Below are positions 1-28,550 of a stretch of 64,000 nt of DNA, in pieces. This DNA comes from the human T2T-CHM13v2.0 reference genome, Homo sapiens, in NCBI RefSeq assembly GCF_009914755.1, contig NC_060940.1; one strand, given 5' to 3'. Positions within the stretch are counted from its first letter, which is position 1. The number at the start of each line of letters is the position of its first letter. A model generated the notes under the pieces. That model was not told the DNA's origin and did not search any database. It saw only the letters and a list, made by a program, of their open reading frames with translations. The position numbers were made by a program, and so were the translations under genes.

Positions 1-3494
<3,494 letters not shown>

Positions 3495-4819
3495 TAAGAT
3501 GGTGAAAGTAAGATAGGAAGTTCAAGCCTTCCCTCAGGCCCTGGGCCGGATGGAAGCCTCTGTCCTGCCACCCACTACCACCCTATTCCTGTCTGCCGCT
3601 TTAAGACCCTGTCTGCCCTTCCACTCCAAGGCCAAGAGAAATGCCCCAAGTTCTGACGGTCTGCCCTTGCTATCTTTCTGGTGATGTGCAATGTCCCCTC
3701 TCTCCTGCTGCTGTCTGGACAGAGGGGACATTGCTGTAGCTCCTGTCTGGAAACCTTCTCTGTGGCTATAATAAGCCAAGAAGGCTTCCACTTCCTTTCA
3801 ATTTGTGCAAAATACAAGACAAGTAAAAACCAAAGCTCCCCTTTTTAGTATGCATCTTACGTAACAGGTGAACCAGGTTTAAACACAAACCTGTTGGTCT
3901 TTTTTTTTCTGTTATGACTGTTTACAAGCACATTCCTGTCTCACGTGGACCACACCTTGTGGAATCATGACTACCAAAGCAGGGTGACCGTAACCTGGCC
4001 CTCCACTAGGAACACAGGGAGCCAGGGAAGCAGGGAGCGCAGTCTCTAGGTGGCTCTCCTTGCTTTTTATGCCAGTTCTGTAAAACCAGCACAAACATTC
4101 CCTGTCCTTAGAGTGGCTGGCACCAGCTAGCTGGGCTGGGTGAGGACTTGCTGTGTTCCAGGGGCTCCCAAGCTGTCTTCCTCAGGGACGGGACTGGGAA
4201 GGACCATGGGCTGTGCTGTCCAGGATCACTGTGCCCCCTACCTCTCATTTTCCCTTCCCTTGAGGGTCTGGAGGGTGCTTTGGGGTGGGAGGTCTCAAAA
4301 CCTAGAGAACCTCTGTGTTCCTAACCACTTCCGTTCTAGCTGGCTTCAAGCAGATGCCCAGAATTTCCTCCAGAGAAACTAACATGCTCTGTCTCCAGAA
4401 CAGGGATCTACTTCCAGCCTCCCTCTCCCAAATTCATGTCCTTCAGTGAACTGCCCCTTTGAGCCCGGTCTTTAGGGTTTAGAGATCCTGTCTCCTAGAA
4501 GAGCCAAGAAGTATCCTTCCCACCCCTGAATAACTCTTAATAGCTTGTGGGCTGCTAAACTCCCCATGCAGGTATTGGTGTCCTATGGTCACACTGACAC
4601 AGTCTGTATCTGCCTCCTGCCAAGCACCCTGGGGCCTGTGAGGAACAGATCAGTTGGAGAGGAAGCCTTAACAGGGGATGTCAGAGCCAGAAGTGTGTCT
4701 CAGCTGCCCAGGGTATGGCAGGGGTAAGCAGGGGGTAGAGGAATTGGGCTGGTGACACAGGCTGGCCGGGGCCTGGGCGGGGCAGGAGCTAGGATCAAGG
4801 TATGCTCTTTTTCTTCTCC

Positions 4820-10857
<6,038 letters not shown>

Positions 10858-11231
10858 TTAAAAAAAAAACAAAAAACCCAGATCCAGCCTTGTGCAGCAA
10901 CAACTGCTGGGGCCGAGGGGCGGCTGCCTCCTTCCTCTGGGGCAGGCCCCCCATGGCTGTACTCCTCACTGCCACCTGCTCCCTGTGTCCCTGCTGCCTG
11001 CCTGGTCCAGGAGGCATTTCTGGCCTATGCTCGGGTCCTACAGGCACTAGAAAATACTAGCCCCCTCCATCAGGTCAGTGCTTGCTCTGCCCTTCAGTAA
11101 TCTGTGATCCTATAAATGGCTTGGTCAAACAGGCATTTTGTCAAGGCTCTGGGGGCCAGAAATCCAAGAGGGGGCTCTGAGTGGCTCTAAAACTGGGGGA
11201 CAGATCCCTGGAAGGGAGCAGCAGCTCTTAC

Positions 11232-11570
11232 CATCCACCACCTCTGGACGTCCGGTGGAAGATCCATGTTCTCTCGGGTCCAGACGGGGGAAATGTTACC
11301 GTCAAAGTGGCTGTCAAACCAGTCGGAGGCACCGGCATCGCCCATGCAGCGGCGACAGGCACAGCTCTTGCCCGAGAGCCTCTCCTTGCTGAGGCGCTGC
11401 AGGCCGGCATAGCCGGGCACCAGCTTCACCCGGTGCGTCCCATCCAGGGCCCCTGAGTCCAGGTAGGGGAGCGTGGCCATGCTGTGGTGCGAGTAGGTGA
11501 AGAGCAGGGACATGATGAACACCAGCAGGAAGGCCACGGAGAGGAACCACACCCGCAGGGAGCACTTCAT
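11232..11570 (-). CDS. ST3GAL2: ST3GAL2 first coding segment (exon 2, aa 1-113: short cytoplasmic tail, signal-anchor TM, stem)
   Basis: ATG at 11570 in GGCACCATGA context. Translation [29 protein letters not shown]...VQRWWM is recognised as ST3Gal II. Ends at donor ATG|GTAAGA (GT at 11231-11230), 339 nt, phase 0. Confidence 0.98.
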
Positions 11571-12573
11571 GGTGCCGGCAGGCGGGTGACGGTCACCGTG
11601 GCCACTCTTTTCCCAGCCCGCTGAGGGGCCAGCCACGGCGTAGCCTGCCTATTCTGGCACCACATGCAAAGGGCATAGGGGCACGTGCTGCAGCAGGGGA
11701 CAGTGGCAGGGGTCCCTTGCCACGCCCTCCCTCATGTAGGGAGAACACACGTTGGCAGGAGTGGCTGTCCTGTCCCTGAGTCAGGCGGGGCCCCTGCTTA
11801 GGGCTTCATCGGGTCTCTCCGTCACTAGCTAGGCCACAGAGGCTCTGCCTCTCCTGCCACCCTGGTGAGGGGGAGGTCAGTCCATTGCAGCCCTCTAGTC
11901 CCTTGGGATTGCTGGCTGCCAGCTCTAGGGGTCCCCCTCTTTGGCGGCTTGAAATAATCCAGTCTGGAGCAGTCGGGGTCCTTGTGGTTCATGAGCAGAC
12001 AATGAGGCGGCCCCTCGTTCCCGGCAGCGGGGAAGCCCTAGAACTCCAATCACAACAGAGAGCACAGGGGCTTCAGGGGACTTGGGTTCCATGCAAGTGT
12101 TGTCCCACCTCCTGGCCCAAAACCTCTGCCAGAGGAGGGGAGCCAGACCCCAACCCTGAGAGGACAAAAACAGGAAGCTCTGTGAGTGTGGGAAAACTCC
12201 GCTGCAGAGATCGAGATCCTTTCCGCAGTAGGTCTTGCCCTTCTGCTTCCCATCTGAGGTGCTGGTCCCTTCTCCTGGTGGCCCCAGCCCCAGCTGCAGT
12301 TGCGTAGGGGTCGCAAAGCTCCTACTGTGGCTGTGGGGTCCTCTGGCGCTGGGAACAGCTGCTGTTCAGCGGGGCACTGTGTCCAATACCATCTGGGTCA
12401 GGCGAGCTTGTGCTGAGCTCCCTACCAGGGTCCAGGTCTCCTTCCTAATACTCCTGGCCCAGGTTCTGCCCATCCCCACTCCCCCGGGGCCAGCCTATCC
12501 TGCTGTGAGCTCACAGTAATCCCCTGGCAGGTTCCCCTTCACATGTCGGGCGCCAGGCTGCCGCAGCACGACC
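11571..12573 (-). other. ST3GAL2: 5'UTR portion of ST3GAL2 exon 2 (1003 nt)
   Basis: Strong acceptor TTTCTCCTCTCTGCCATTCTAG|GGTC (AG at 12575-12574). Repeat-free to the ATG. Length agrees with my recollection of the annotated exon. Confidence 0.85.
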
Positions 12574-14388
12574 CTAGAATGGCAGAGAGGAGAAATAATG
12601 TGCGGATGAATCACACGGGCACCAGGCTTTGTCCCAGCCCCACCCCAAGCCCCAAAGCTAGCAGGAGAGGAGATGCCCACTTAATCAGAGGGTGGACATG
12701 ACCAAGGGCTCTGCCCTCTAGCTGCACAGATAGCATCACTGTGTGGGACTCCAGGGCCTGGAGGACTAGATTAGCCCAGAGTCTTCACTTCTTAGCCAGA
12801 AGGTAAACGAGTCAAGTGATTTTCCCTAAGCCACATGCTTTCAGATTTAGAGAGTTCCTAGCCCAGCTATGTACAGTTAATTTCAGGTGAAAAGTCAGAG
12901 AAAACAGCCCAGAGAAGATTCCAGGGGACTATGGACACTGACTGCCCCCCACAGCACTCTCTGGAGCCTGTCAGTGCCTGCAGAGGCCTCTCCCAATCAG
13001 AAGGGAGGGCTGGCCGGTCTCTGACCGCCCCTCTTCTCTCGACTGTGGATTATCGATGAGGTATTGCTGGGTCCACTCAATGAACCATGAACAGTCCTGT
13101 CAGCTCCGCCGTTGGGGGAGAACCTGGCTGTGTCAGGAGGTGTGGTTGCTGGGCTTGGTCCTGCCCCCGGACAGCCCTGAGGGCAGTTGTCTACATCCAT
13201 CTGTACATTATGGACAAAGTGAATGCCAGCGTCCCTGGTAGCACTGACAGCCTGAGGCCCCATGCTGCCCTTGCAGGCAAGAACAGGGAGAAAAGGCCAC
13301 TTGTAGGCAGTTTGGGTCTCAGCCATAAGGAAAGGAGCTCAGATCCATGCCAAGCGTGAGGGAGCCACACCAGGTGAGAGGAACGCTGAGAAGGGAACCC
13401 CTGAGCACTGGCTGTGTGCCGTGGGAATCTTGCAAAGCTGGCTGCCTCGCCTCTCCCCAGCTCCCCTCCAAATCTGCCTAGCGGTGCTGCTGACCTAGCC
13501 CCTGGGCCTCTCAGTGCAGCCCTGTTCCCTGTCCTTGTTGAAGTCTCCAGCCCACTTTTGGGGTCTCCTGGCTGCTTCCAGCAGCTGCATACAAGGCCTC
13601 TCAGGCTCTGTGTTCAAGAAACGTAGCTGCCCCTCCATTTGTGGCCACAAAGCCAGCAGGGAATGGAACGAGCATATTGCAGTAAGGACATTATTCTGGG
13701 TGAGAAATGATGTTCACAAAAGTACAAGAACTTACCTAAGGTCACGACGTTGTGAGTGGAGGTGACTTTGGGATAGGCCATGGCACAGAAAGAAGGCTGT
13801 GGCCTCCCTGAACTACCCACGGCTCAAGGGTGAGAGGGAAGGAGATGTGGAGTTGGCTTCTCAGGGTCGAAAGTGAAGCCCCGCCCACAGGCCTCATCAG
13901 GGCTCCTGGCTCTAATCCACGGAGACCCCAGCAGCACTGGCTCAAAGGTGCTTCTTCCAATGTTCTGCTGTGCCCATTTAGCAGATCCCACTCTAGGCAT
14001 GGCCTTGGCTGAACAGTCTGTAGATGGGAAGCCAGGTCCTTGTCTCCTCTCATTCTCCCTTTGCCTGCTGCATGCCCAACATCTAAGGACAGAACTCGAG
14101 TTCTTTCAGGGTCCCGCTCCCAGCTTCCTGTGACCTGAGGAGAGCCAGTCATGAGGCAGGTGGCCCTGGAAGACAGTGACTTTGCAGCTGATGGGAGCGA
14201 GAGGTCCTGCCTGGGGAGACCTGGTTTCTGGCTGGGCAGCCCCGCAGTGGCCACTGAAGGCGGGGGCTGGGCAGAGCTGGCACAGGAGGCTTCCAAAGGA
14301 AGCAACTCAATCAGGGAAGTCATTAACTCCTTGGGATTCTAGATCAACGCAGGGGGCACGCGAAGGAACTGCACTGCCTGTTAGGGAG

Positions 14389-14399
14389 GGGAAAATCCC
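14389..14399 (-). promoter_or_regulatory. Consensus NF-kB site GGGATTTTCC, 1.8 kb upstream of exon 2
   Basis: Matches GGGRNWYYCC and sits in a repeat-poor block (12574-14750). Function is not demonstrable from sequence. Confidence 0.35.
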
Positions 14400-15631
14400 T
14401 GGTTTTGACATGTCTGGAAAGAGCAGAGAAGTAGAGGAAAGAGCAGAGAAGTAGAGCATCTGGCAAAGGCCCTTGCTTTGGGAACCCCAGGTCCAGGTGT
14501 TACTGCAAATACAGGATGCTCAGCTTGTTGTGGTGAGGGCAAATGGAGCCATGGGGAGGAGCTAAAAAAAAAATCAAAGGCCCCCAAACATGCACTAAAA
14601 ATCCCAAAAATGACCTGGCAATGACCCTCTCACAGTTCATTTCTACCTGTGCCCCTCAGCTGCCCACCACGTCATGGGCTTGCTCCCCTTCACAGCTACT
14701 CAGATCATTTTGTTAAGCCCATGCACACCTCAATATAAAGAGCTCGGAGGAGGCAGGCCCAATGGCTCATGCCTATAATCCCACCACTTTGGGAGCCTGA
14801 GGTGGGTGTATCACCTGAGGTCAGGATTTCAAGACCAGCCTGGCCAACATGGTGAAACCCCATCTCTACTAAAAATACAAAAAATCAGCCAGGCGTTGTG
14901 GTGGCCACCTATAATTCCAGCTATGCAGGAGGCTTAGGCAGGAGAATCACTTGAACCCAGGAGGCGGAGGTTGCAGTGCGCCAAGATCACGCCATTGTAC
15001 TCCAGCCTGGGCGACAAGAGCAAAACTCTGCCTCAAAAAAAAAAAAAAAAAAAAAAAAGACCAGGCATGGTGGCTTACACCTGTAATCCCAGCACTTTCG
15101 GAGGCCGAGGCGGGTGGATCACCTGAGGTTGGGAGTTCGAGACCAGCCTGACCAACGTGAAGAAACCCCATCTCTACTAAAAATACAAAATTAGCCGGGC
15201 ATGGTGGCACATGCCTGTAATCCCACCTACTTGGGAGGCTGAGGCAGGAGAATCGCTTGAACCCAGGAGTGGGAGATCGTGCCAATGCACTCTAGCCTGG
15301 GCAACAAGAGCGAAACTATTTCTCAAAAAAAAAAAAAAAAAAAAAAAAAGAATGGATAAATTGTGGTGCATTTTGTACCATATAGTAAAATGAATGAACT
15401 CCGGTTTCAGACATTAACAGGGATGAATATGGCCAAAAAACATTATATCGAGCAAAAAGAGTAGTCATGGATAAATGATCACAGCATGAATCCATGAAAA
15501 GCTAAAAAATACGCAAAGCTAAGCAAGACATTTTCTATGCCTCTCTATAAAGATAATAATAGAGAAAATCAAGGAAACAACACAAAATTCAGGGAATTCC
15601 TCTGGAGGGGGAAGAGAGGTAGATGAAATAA

Positions 15632-15870
<239 letters not shown>

Positions 15871-16099
15871 TAGTAGAGATGGGGTTTCACCATGTTGGCC
15901 AGGCTGGTCTTTAACTCCTGACCTCAGGTGATCCACCCGCCTCAGCCTCCCAAAGTGCTGGGATTACAGGCATGAGCCACTGCGCCTAGCCATGGAGTAT
16001 TTCTTATGTTTATTCTGTAAAGAGCACAAATACGATATATACTACTTTGAGTCTATGATGCATTTCGTAGTAAAATCTAAAATGCTTTTAGGTTAAAAC

Positions 16100-17460
<1,361 letters not shown>

Positions 17461-17477
17461 TGCGAGGCTCAAGCACA

Positions 17478-19180
<1,703 letters not shown>

Positions 19181-19275
19181 AAAAGAGAGAATGGTGCTGG
19201 GCGTGGTGGCTCACCCCTGTAATCCCAGCACTCTGGCAGGCCGAGGTGGGCAGATCACCTGGGGTCAGGAGTTCA

Positions 19276-19924
<649 letters not shown>

Positions 19925-20140
19925 TTATGATCCAGGAAAAAGAAGTGAACAGAGGAACAAAGGCCGGGAGCAGCACGAGATGATGGCATCGAGTGTCGTC
20001 CTGGAGGGGGGCTACCTGTGGGACAGGTGGCAAAGCCGAGCAAGCGGCACAGACAGTGAGGAGTGTCCCTTTATTGTTGGGGTTGGAGATTTACAGAGAG
20101 ACCAGATGTGAAATAGTCTTCTAAAAGAGAAAGGGAGTAA

Positions 20141-20410
<270 letters not shown>

Positions 20411-21922
20411 TGATCCGCCTGCCTCGGCCTCCCCAGGTGCTGGAATTACAGGTGTGAGCCACTGTGCCAATACTACAGTCTTCTAAGAAGTTTGTGGTCA
20501 CAAATTTGGCAAATTTGGGGAGACCATTTATCAATAAATGTCCCCTGAATGGCTGGTCCATGTCCAAGTTGCTGAGGCTGTCCAGAGGAACTGGCAGCCA
20601 GGATCCAGAGGTCAGGGGCAGCAAGGGCCTTGAAGACCCCGCCTTCCATCCTCAGGAGATGCAGCCGAAGGGCTACTTCCACCTCCCAGTACAAGGAACC
20701 TCAAAGGAGACCCTCACCAGCACGCAGGTAAATGGAAGGAAAAAACAAAAGCACCTGATTGAGGAGCAAAGCAAAGAGTGCCCCAAAACGAGAACAGCAG
20801 GGACTGTTTTGGAGGCTGTAGCAGCTTTAGAGCCAATTCTCGGTCAGATCCCAGGAGACAGCCATCAACGACTTAACCTAATGAAGCACAGGATAAGCAC
20901 CACCTCAGACCAGCACAGCTGAATACAACCTTCTTGGCATGCAGAGAAAAGAAACGTCAAAATAAGGCACGGAGCCTGGGGGGATGGGTGCTGCTTGCCT
21001 CTGGGAGGGAGAGGAGAAAGACGAAAGATAAAGCCCCTCTCCACCCACTTACACACAGCCTGAGGACGTGTCCCAAAGCTCATTCTAAAGGCATGAAGCC
21101 ACAGCCTACTGCTCCAATGGACCGATGCTTTATGAACCTCTGAGCATTTTCGGGGGATAGCCTCTCATTTAGTATGCGCAGGAGTCCCAGGACCAGCTGA
21201 ACAAGGTCAGCCAGGCGGAAGTGAAGATGCTTTAACGCCATGCCAGGTCTGATGACTTCAAGCCCAGAGCTCCTTCCACAGCCCCCACTGCCTTCCCAAA
21301 GCACTCTTCCACTAACTGGGGTACAACCATCAAAACATTCGCTGTGCCCCAGATCCCTGCCAGCCTAGCAACCCAGAACACTCCCTGCCTCCTGGGTGGG
21401 GGGCAGCACCCAAACCAGGCAGAAGGAGCTGGGGCGGAGGGGTGGGGGTGGGCGCAGGTGGCCAGTTACCGAAAGCCCCTCCCTCCCCAACAACTCAAAA
21501 GCAGCGAGGCCTGTCCTTGACCTGTCTGAGAATGGGCTGCTTCACCACCCTGCTTGGTTAACTGAAGTCACCCGCACTGCAACACCCTGGTATCAGCCTC
21601 TGGCACAGACCCCTCAGTGCTACCCTAGGGACTCAGGCCCTTTCCACTCCGCAGCACCAAACCCTCGGGCAGCCCCTCCCTTCCTGCAGGACATCCAACT
21701 TTGACTTTATATCCATCTGAAATCTCAGCTCTGGTACCTCTTGATGCCGCCCAGAGTTTGTAGCCAGAAACCCAGAAGGCAAGAGCTAACACACTTCTTC
21801 AAACCAAGAGCATAACTTTGGCTTTCAATGAAGTCCTAGAGAAATAAACTGTCAGTCTTCTCTGGACAAAGATCGAGGCTGCACCCTAACAGCCTCTTCC
21901 TGTAGGAGACAGCTCAAAGAAA

Positions 21923-21959
<37 letters not shown>

Positions 21960-23149
21960 AAGAAAAAATAAAGAAACGGCCTCTAAGAGGAGGAAGCTGG
22001 GCCCTGAGGCACGGGGAGAGGGTGCGGCAGGGGAGTTGGGGTGAAGGGTCCCTTCAGATCCACCACCTGCTACCTCAGGAGGGAGCCCCACTGTGTTTTG
22101 AGTCGGAGTGGGCAGGGGGAAATCCAGTATCTTGCTGTACCTATCTACACTAAGGCATGAAGTAACGTCTAGAAAAACAGTTCTCGGCTGGTTGTGGTGG
22201 CTCACACCTATAATCCCAGCACTTTGGGAGACTGAGGCTGGATGATCGCTTCAGTCCAGGGGTTGGAGCCTGGGCAACAGAGTGAGACCTCATCTCTATT
22301 TTATGAAAAAAGTTCAAACCACCTGTGTGGGGAAGACCAGGTCTCTCCACATTCTAGCTAGCTTCCCGCCTCTGGCGGCTTTTTTTTTTTGAGACGGAGT
22401 TTTGCTCTTATTGCCCAGACTGGAGTACAATGGCGTGATCTTGGCTCACCGCAACCTCCACTTCCCAGGTTCAAGCAATTTTCCTGCCTCGGTCTCCTGA
22501 GTAGCTGGGATTACAGGCATGCGCCACCATGCCTGGCTAATTTTGTATTTTTAGTCGAGATGGGGTTTAACCGTGTTGGCCAGGCTGGTCTCGAACTCCC
22601 AGCCTCAGGTGTTCCGCCCACCTCCGCCTCCCAAAGTGTTGGGATTACAGGTGTCAGCCACTGCGCCCAGGCTTTTTCCCCCTTTTTGAGACAGGATCTC
22701 ACTCTGCTGCCCAGACTGGAATGCCGGTGGCGCAATCACAGTTGACTGTAGACTCGACCACCTGGGCTCAAATGATCCTACCTCAGGCCCCCGAGTAGCT
22801 AGGACCATAGGCATACGCCACCAGACCTGGCTAAATTTTTTTTTTTTTTTTTTTTTTCATAAAGACAGGGTCTTGCTATGTTCCCCAGGCTGGACTTGAA
22901 CTCTCAGACTCCTGCCTCAGCCTCCCAAGTAGCTGGGACTACAGGTGTGCACTACTTTTGTTGTTTTTTTTGTTGTTGTAGAGATGATGTCTTGCTATGT
23001 TGCCCAGGCTGATCTCCAACTCCTGTTCTCAAATGATCCTCCCAACGTGGCCTCCCAAAGAGCTGAGATTGCAGATATGAGCCACCTTGCTCAGTCCTCA
23101 GACTTCTTTGCTTTTTATTTCACCTGATGCTGTTGTTGTTTTCAAATAG

Positions 23150-23486
<337 letters not shown>

Positions 23487-23869
23487 TAGCCAGGATGGTC
23501 TTGATCTCCTGACCTCGTGATCTGCCTGCGTCGGCCTCCCAAAGTGCTGGGATTACAGGCGAGAGCCAACACGCCCGGCCAACCCTCACCACTTTTTTTC
23601 CCCCTCCTGGTCTGGAAATTATATTACTTTTTTTTTAGTGATTAATCTTATATTGTTAGCTTATGTACATTTTCTTGATGAAGTCTTCAGTTTTTCAGTA
23701 ATGCCATTCTCTTAACAAGGCAGAAATTTGGTGTGGCTTAACAATAAAATTCTCTATTCTTATTCTTCCTTGGTAATGTGGTCAACAATTCTAGTTTTCT
23801 CTTAAAAAAAAAAATTAAAAGCCCATTTAGATCCTGTTTTTTTTTTTTTTTTTGTCTCTGTGTTTTGCC

Positions 23870-24720
23870 GTCTGTAGCAGACACTGTTGGCTGTCTACCA
23901 GCGGCCACTCTCTTTTTCGCTTGCCAACAGAATCCTGATTTGTTTGGGCAGCTAAGGACCCAGTCCTGGCAGATGATGCAAGACTGGCCAAAGCCAACCA
24001 GCGCCAACCACAGCAAGCCTGTCCCTTTTTCACCAGGAATTGGTTTGAGGATGGACCAGCTCAGGTCAATGAGACCCAAGGGAGTATGTGTTAGGGCCAT
24101 CTTGGAAAGATTTTCCTTTCCAAATAAGCAGCCGGGCGCAGTGGCTCACAACTGTAATCCCAGCGCTTTGGGAGACTGAGGCAGGCAGATCACCTGAGGT
24201 CAGGAGTTCGAGACCAGCCTGGGCAACATGGTGAAACCCCATCTCTACTAAAAATACAAAAATTAGCTGGGCGTGGGGTCAAGTGCTTGTATTTCCAGCT
24301 ACTCAGGAGGCTAAGGCACAAGAATCACTTGAACCCACGAGGTGGAAGTTGAAGTGGGCGGAGCGGAGATCACACCTTCCAGCCTGGATGACAGTGATTG
24401 CAATAAAAAATAAAAAAAAAAAAAGCAGCAGCAGCACATGAAGAAAAAGCTTCCTTTCTCCTAGGATCTCTGTGCCTTCCTGCCTGGGATGTTACAGGGT
24501 GATGATATAATGTCTGGAGCTATGGCAGCCATCTCACGACCATGAGAGACATCTTGCACCCTCGTATGGCAGAGTAGAAAGATCGAGGGTCCTTCATGTT
24601 CCTATGTGACCTACTGCCCCAACCCTGGAACTACTGACCTCCACACTTCTTGTTATAAACTAATCCAGTGTTTTCCAGTTTAAGTCATTGTGGGTTACTC
24701 TGCTACTTGCATCCTAATAT
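23870..24720 (+). mobile_element. MaLR LTR (MLT1-type) split by an Alu at ~24130-24425
   Basis: TGTAGCAGACACTG start, and MLT1-like segments TCTGGAGCTATGGCAGCCATCT and CCAACCCTGGAAC...TTGTT...TTTAAG. Confidence 0.55.
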
Positions 24721-24780
24721 ATTGTTAATAGTTAATTCAGGCCAGGCACGGTGGCTCACACCTGTAATCCCAGCACTTCA

Positions 24781-25790
<1,010 letters not shown>

Positions 25791-26074
25791 AGGCTGGGCA
25801 TGGTGGCTCATACCTGTAATCCCAGCATTTTTGGAGGCCTAAGCAGGCGGATCACTTGAGCTCAGGAGTTCGAGACCAGCTTAGGCAACATGGCAAAACC
25901 GCGTCTCTATAATAAAAAATAAAAAAATTAAGCGTGGTAGCGCATGCCTGTGGTCCCAGAAAGTCAAGACGCTAAGGCGAAAGGTTGGCTTGAGGCTGGG
26001 CACGGTGGCACACACCTGTAATCCCAGTACTTTGGGAGGCGGAGGCAGGTGGATCAGCTGAGGTCAGGAGTTCA

Positions 26075-26275
<201 letters not shown>

Positions 26276-26444
26276 TCAAAAAAAAAAAAAAAGTTAGCTG
26301 GGCATGGTGGCAAGTGCCTACAGCCCTAGCTACTCGGGAAGCTGAGGGGGCAGGATCATTTGAACCAGGGAAGTCAAGGCTGCATTGAGCCATGATCATG
26401 CCACTGCACACCAGCCTGGGCAACAGAGTGAGACTCTGTCTCTA

Positions 26445-26843
<399 letters not shown>

Positions 26844-27739
26844 CTACTGTCCAGCTGTGGATTCAAGCAATTTCCTAGCTCAATTCCATGCTCCAAATGG
26901 AACACTTTATGGCTCTGTTATCCCAAATTTCTGCTTCCAGACTCAGAGACCAGCAGGCCTGCAGCTTCAGCCTGGCTTTCTTCCTTGTGTTCTTGTCTAT
27001 TTCTCATCCACAGGGATATTTATCATGTTGAGTGTGGTGGGGGGTAGAAAAGTGGAGGCGTACATGAATATATTTTTAGAATTTTATCTTTTTATGTATT
27101 ACTGCTATGTGTTTAGAGTATAAATTTACAGTGCCATCCTGACTGGATGAATTGGATTTAACTATTCATACCAGGAAACTGGGCATCCCTGCCAATACTA
27201 ATCTCTTGGGAACAGGTATCAAACCATCTCTAACAAGATTCATAGAACTCTAGCCAACACAATGAGGGCAGGAGACTGAGATACCCTGGGGTCAACTGAA
27301 GAAAGGCCCAATTGAAACTGCTCTCCCATTCCCACTGCCACCTTCATTCCAGTCCACAGAGGGATAGGGCAGGGCGTGCAGACATGCAAACGGGATCTTT
27401 CAGATGTGGCCTGGGCAGGCCTTCACTGACCCAGGTAACACGGGCCTTCAGTCTCTTCCACACCATTTGCCCATTTCAGTCTTTCACCTGACTAGTGAAA
27501 ACTGCACACTGGCCATACAAACACCCCTGATGGAAGGCCCATCTGACTCTCTTCAAGTCCCCAGTCTGCCAGCACAGGCCCAGCCTGAAGTTCCACTGAA
27601 AATCGGAACAATTGATTCAGGAGCCAAATTCTAGTCTAGACTGTTACCAAGCAGCCAAGCAGGTTACTTTTCATTTCCAGGCCAAGATTCTGTTTGTTTA
27701 TTTTTGAGATAGAGTCTCACTCTGTCATCCAGGCTGTAG

Positions 27740-28125
<386 letters not shown>

Positions 28126-28254
28126 TGATCCACCTGCCTCGGCCTCCCAAAGTGCTGGGATTACAGGCATGAGCCATCACGCCCAGCCAATTTTTCTATT
28201 ATTAGCAGAGATGGGCTTTCGCCATGTTGGTCAGGCTGGTCTCAAACTCCTGAC

Positions 28255-28550
28255 TGTTAGGGATGAGCTGCCCCAGGACCACCCCCCCGCCACAATGCAG
28301 CTGACCCTTACCGTGAATACTCTGCAGCTGCATTCCTGAACCCTTATCTAGGCACCACAGCAAGTCATCAAACTTACTAGATTACAGCCCTCCGGGCGGC
28401 ACGGGGAAGGTCACAAGAAACGGATAAACCTAAGAGGGATACACCCTCTTGTAAATTCCTATTTTCACAAGATAATATATTGCAAGCCAGTCAGGAGAAG
28501 ATATTCGTAAAGTTAACGGACAAACAACCCCAGGGTGTTTCTCTCTCTCT
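28255..28550 (+). mobile_element. Truncated ERV LTR-like fragment inserted into an Alu (family not identified)
   Basis: Begins TGTTAGGG exactly where an antisense Alu breaks off (…CTCCTGAC|TGTTAGG). Non-Alu and CpG-retaining, ending in a CT run before Alu sequence resumes. Confidence 0.45.

Noticed and set aside
11187-11231. C-terminal [14 protein letters not shown] of the 149-aa ORF as real coding sequence
   Set aside because: It is read-through past the strong GTAAGA donor into intron 2.
13742-14323. 193-aa minus-strand ORF upstream of exon 2
   Set aside because: No recognisable domain or supporting splice structure. Kept only as part of the putative proximal promoter block.
20464-20922. 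152-aa plus-strand ORF and CAG|GTAAAT donor suggesting an antisense exon
   Set aside because: Non-ATG start at an Alu edge, with no convincing acceptor or homology.
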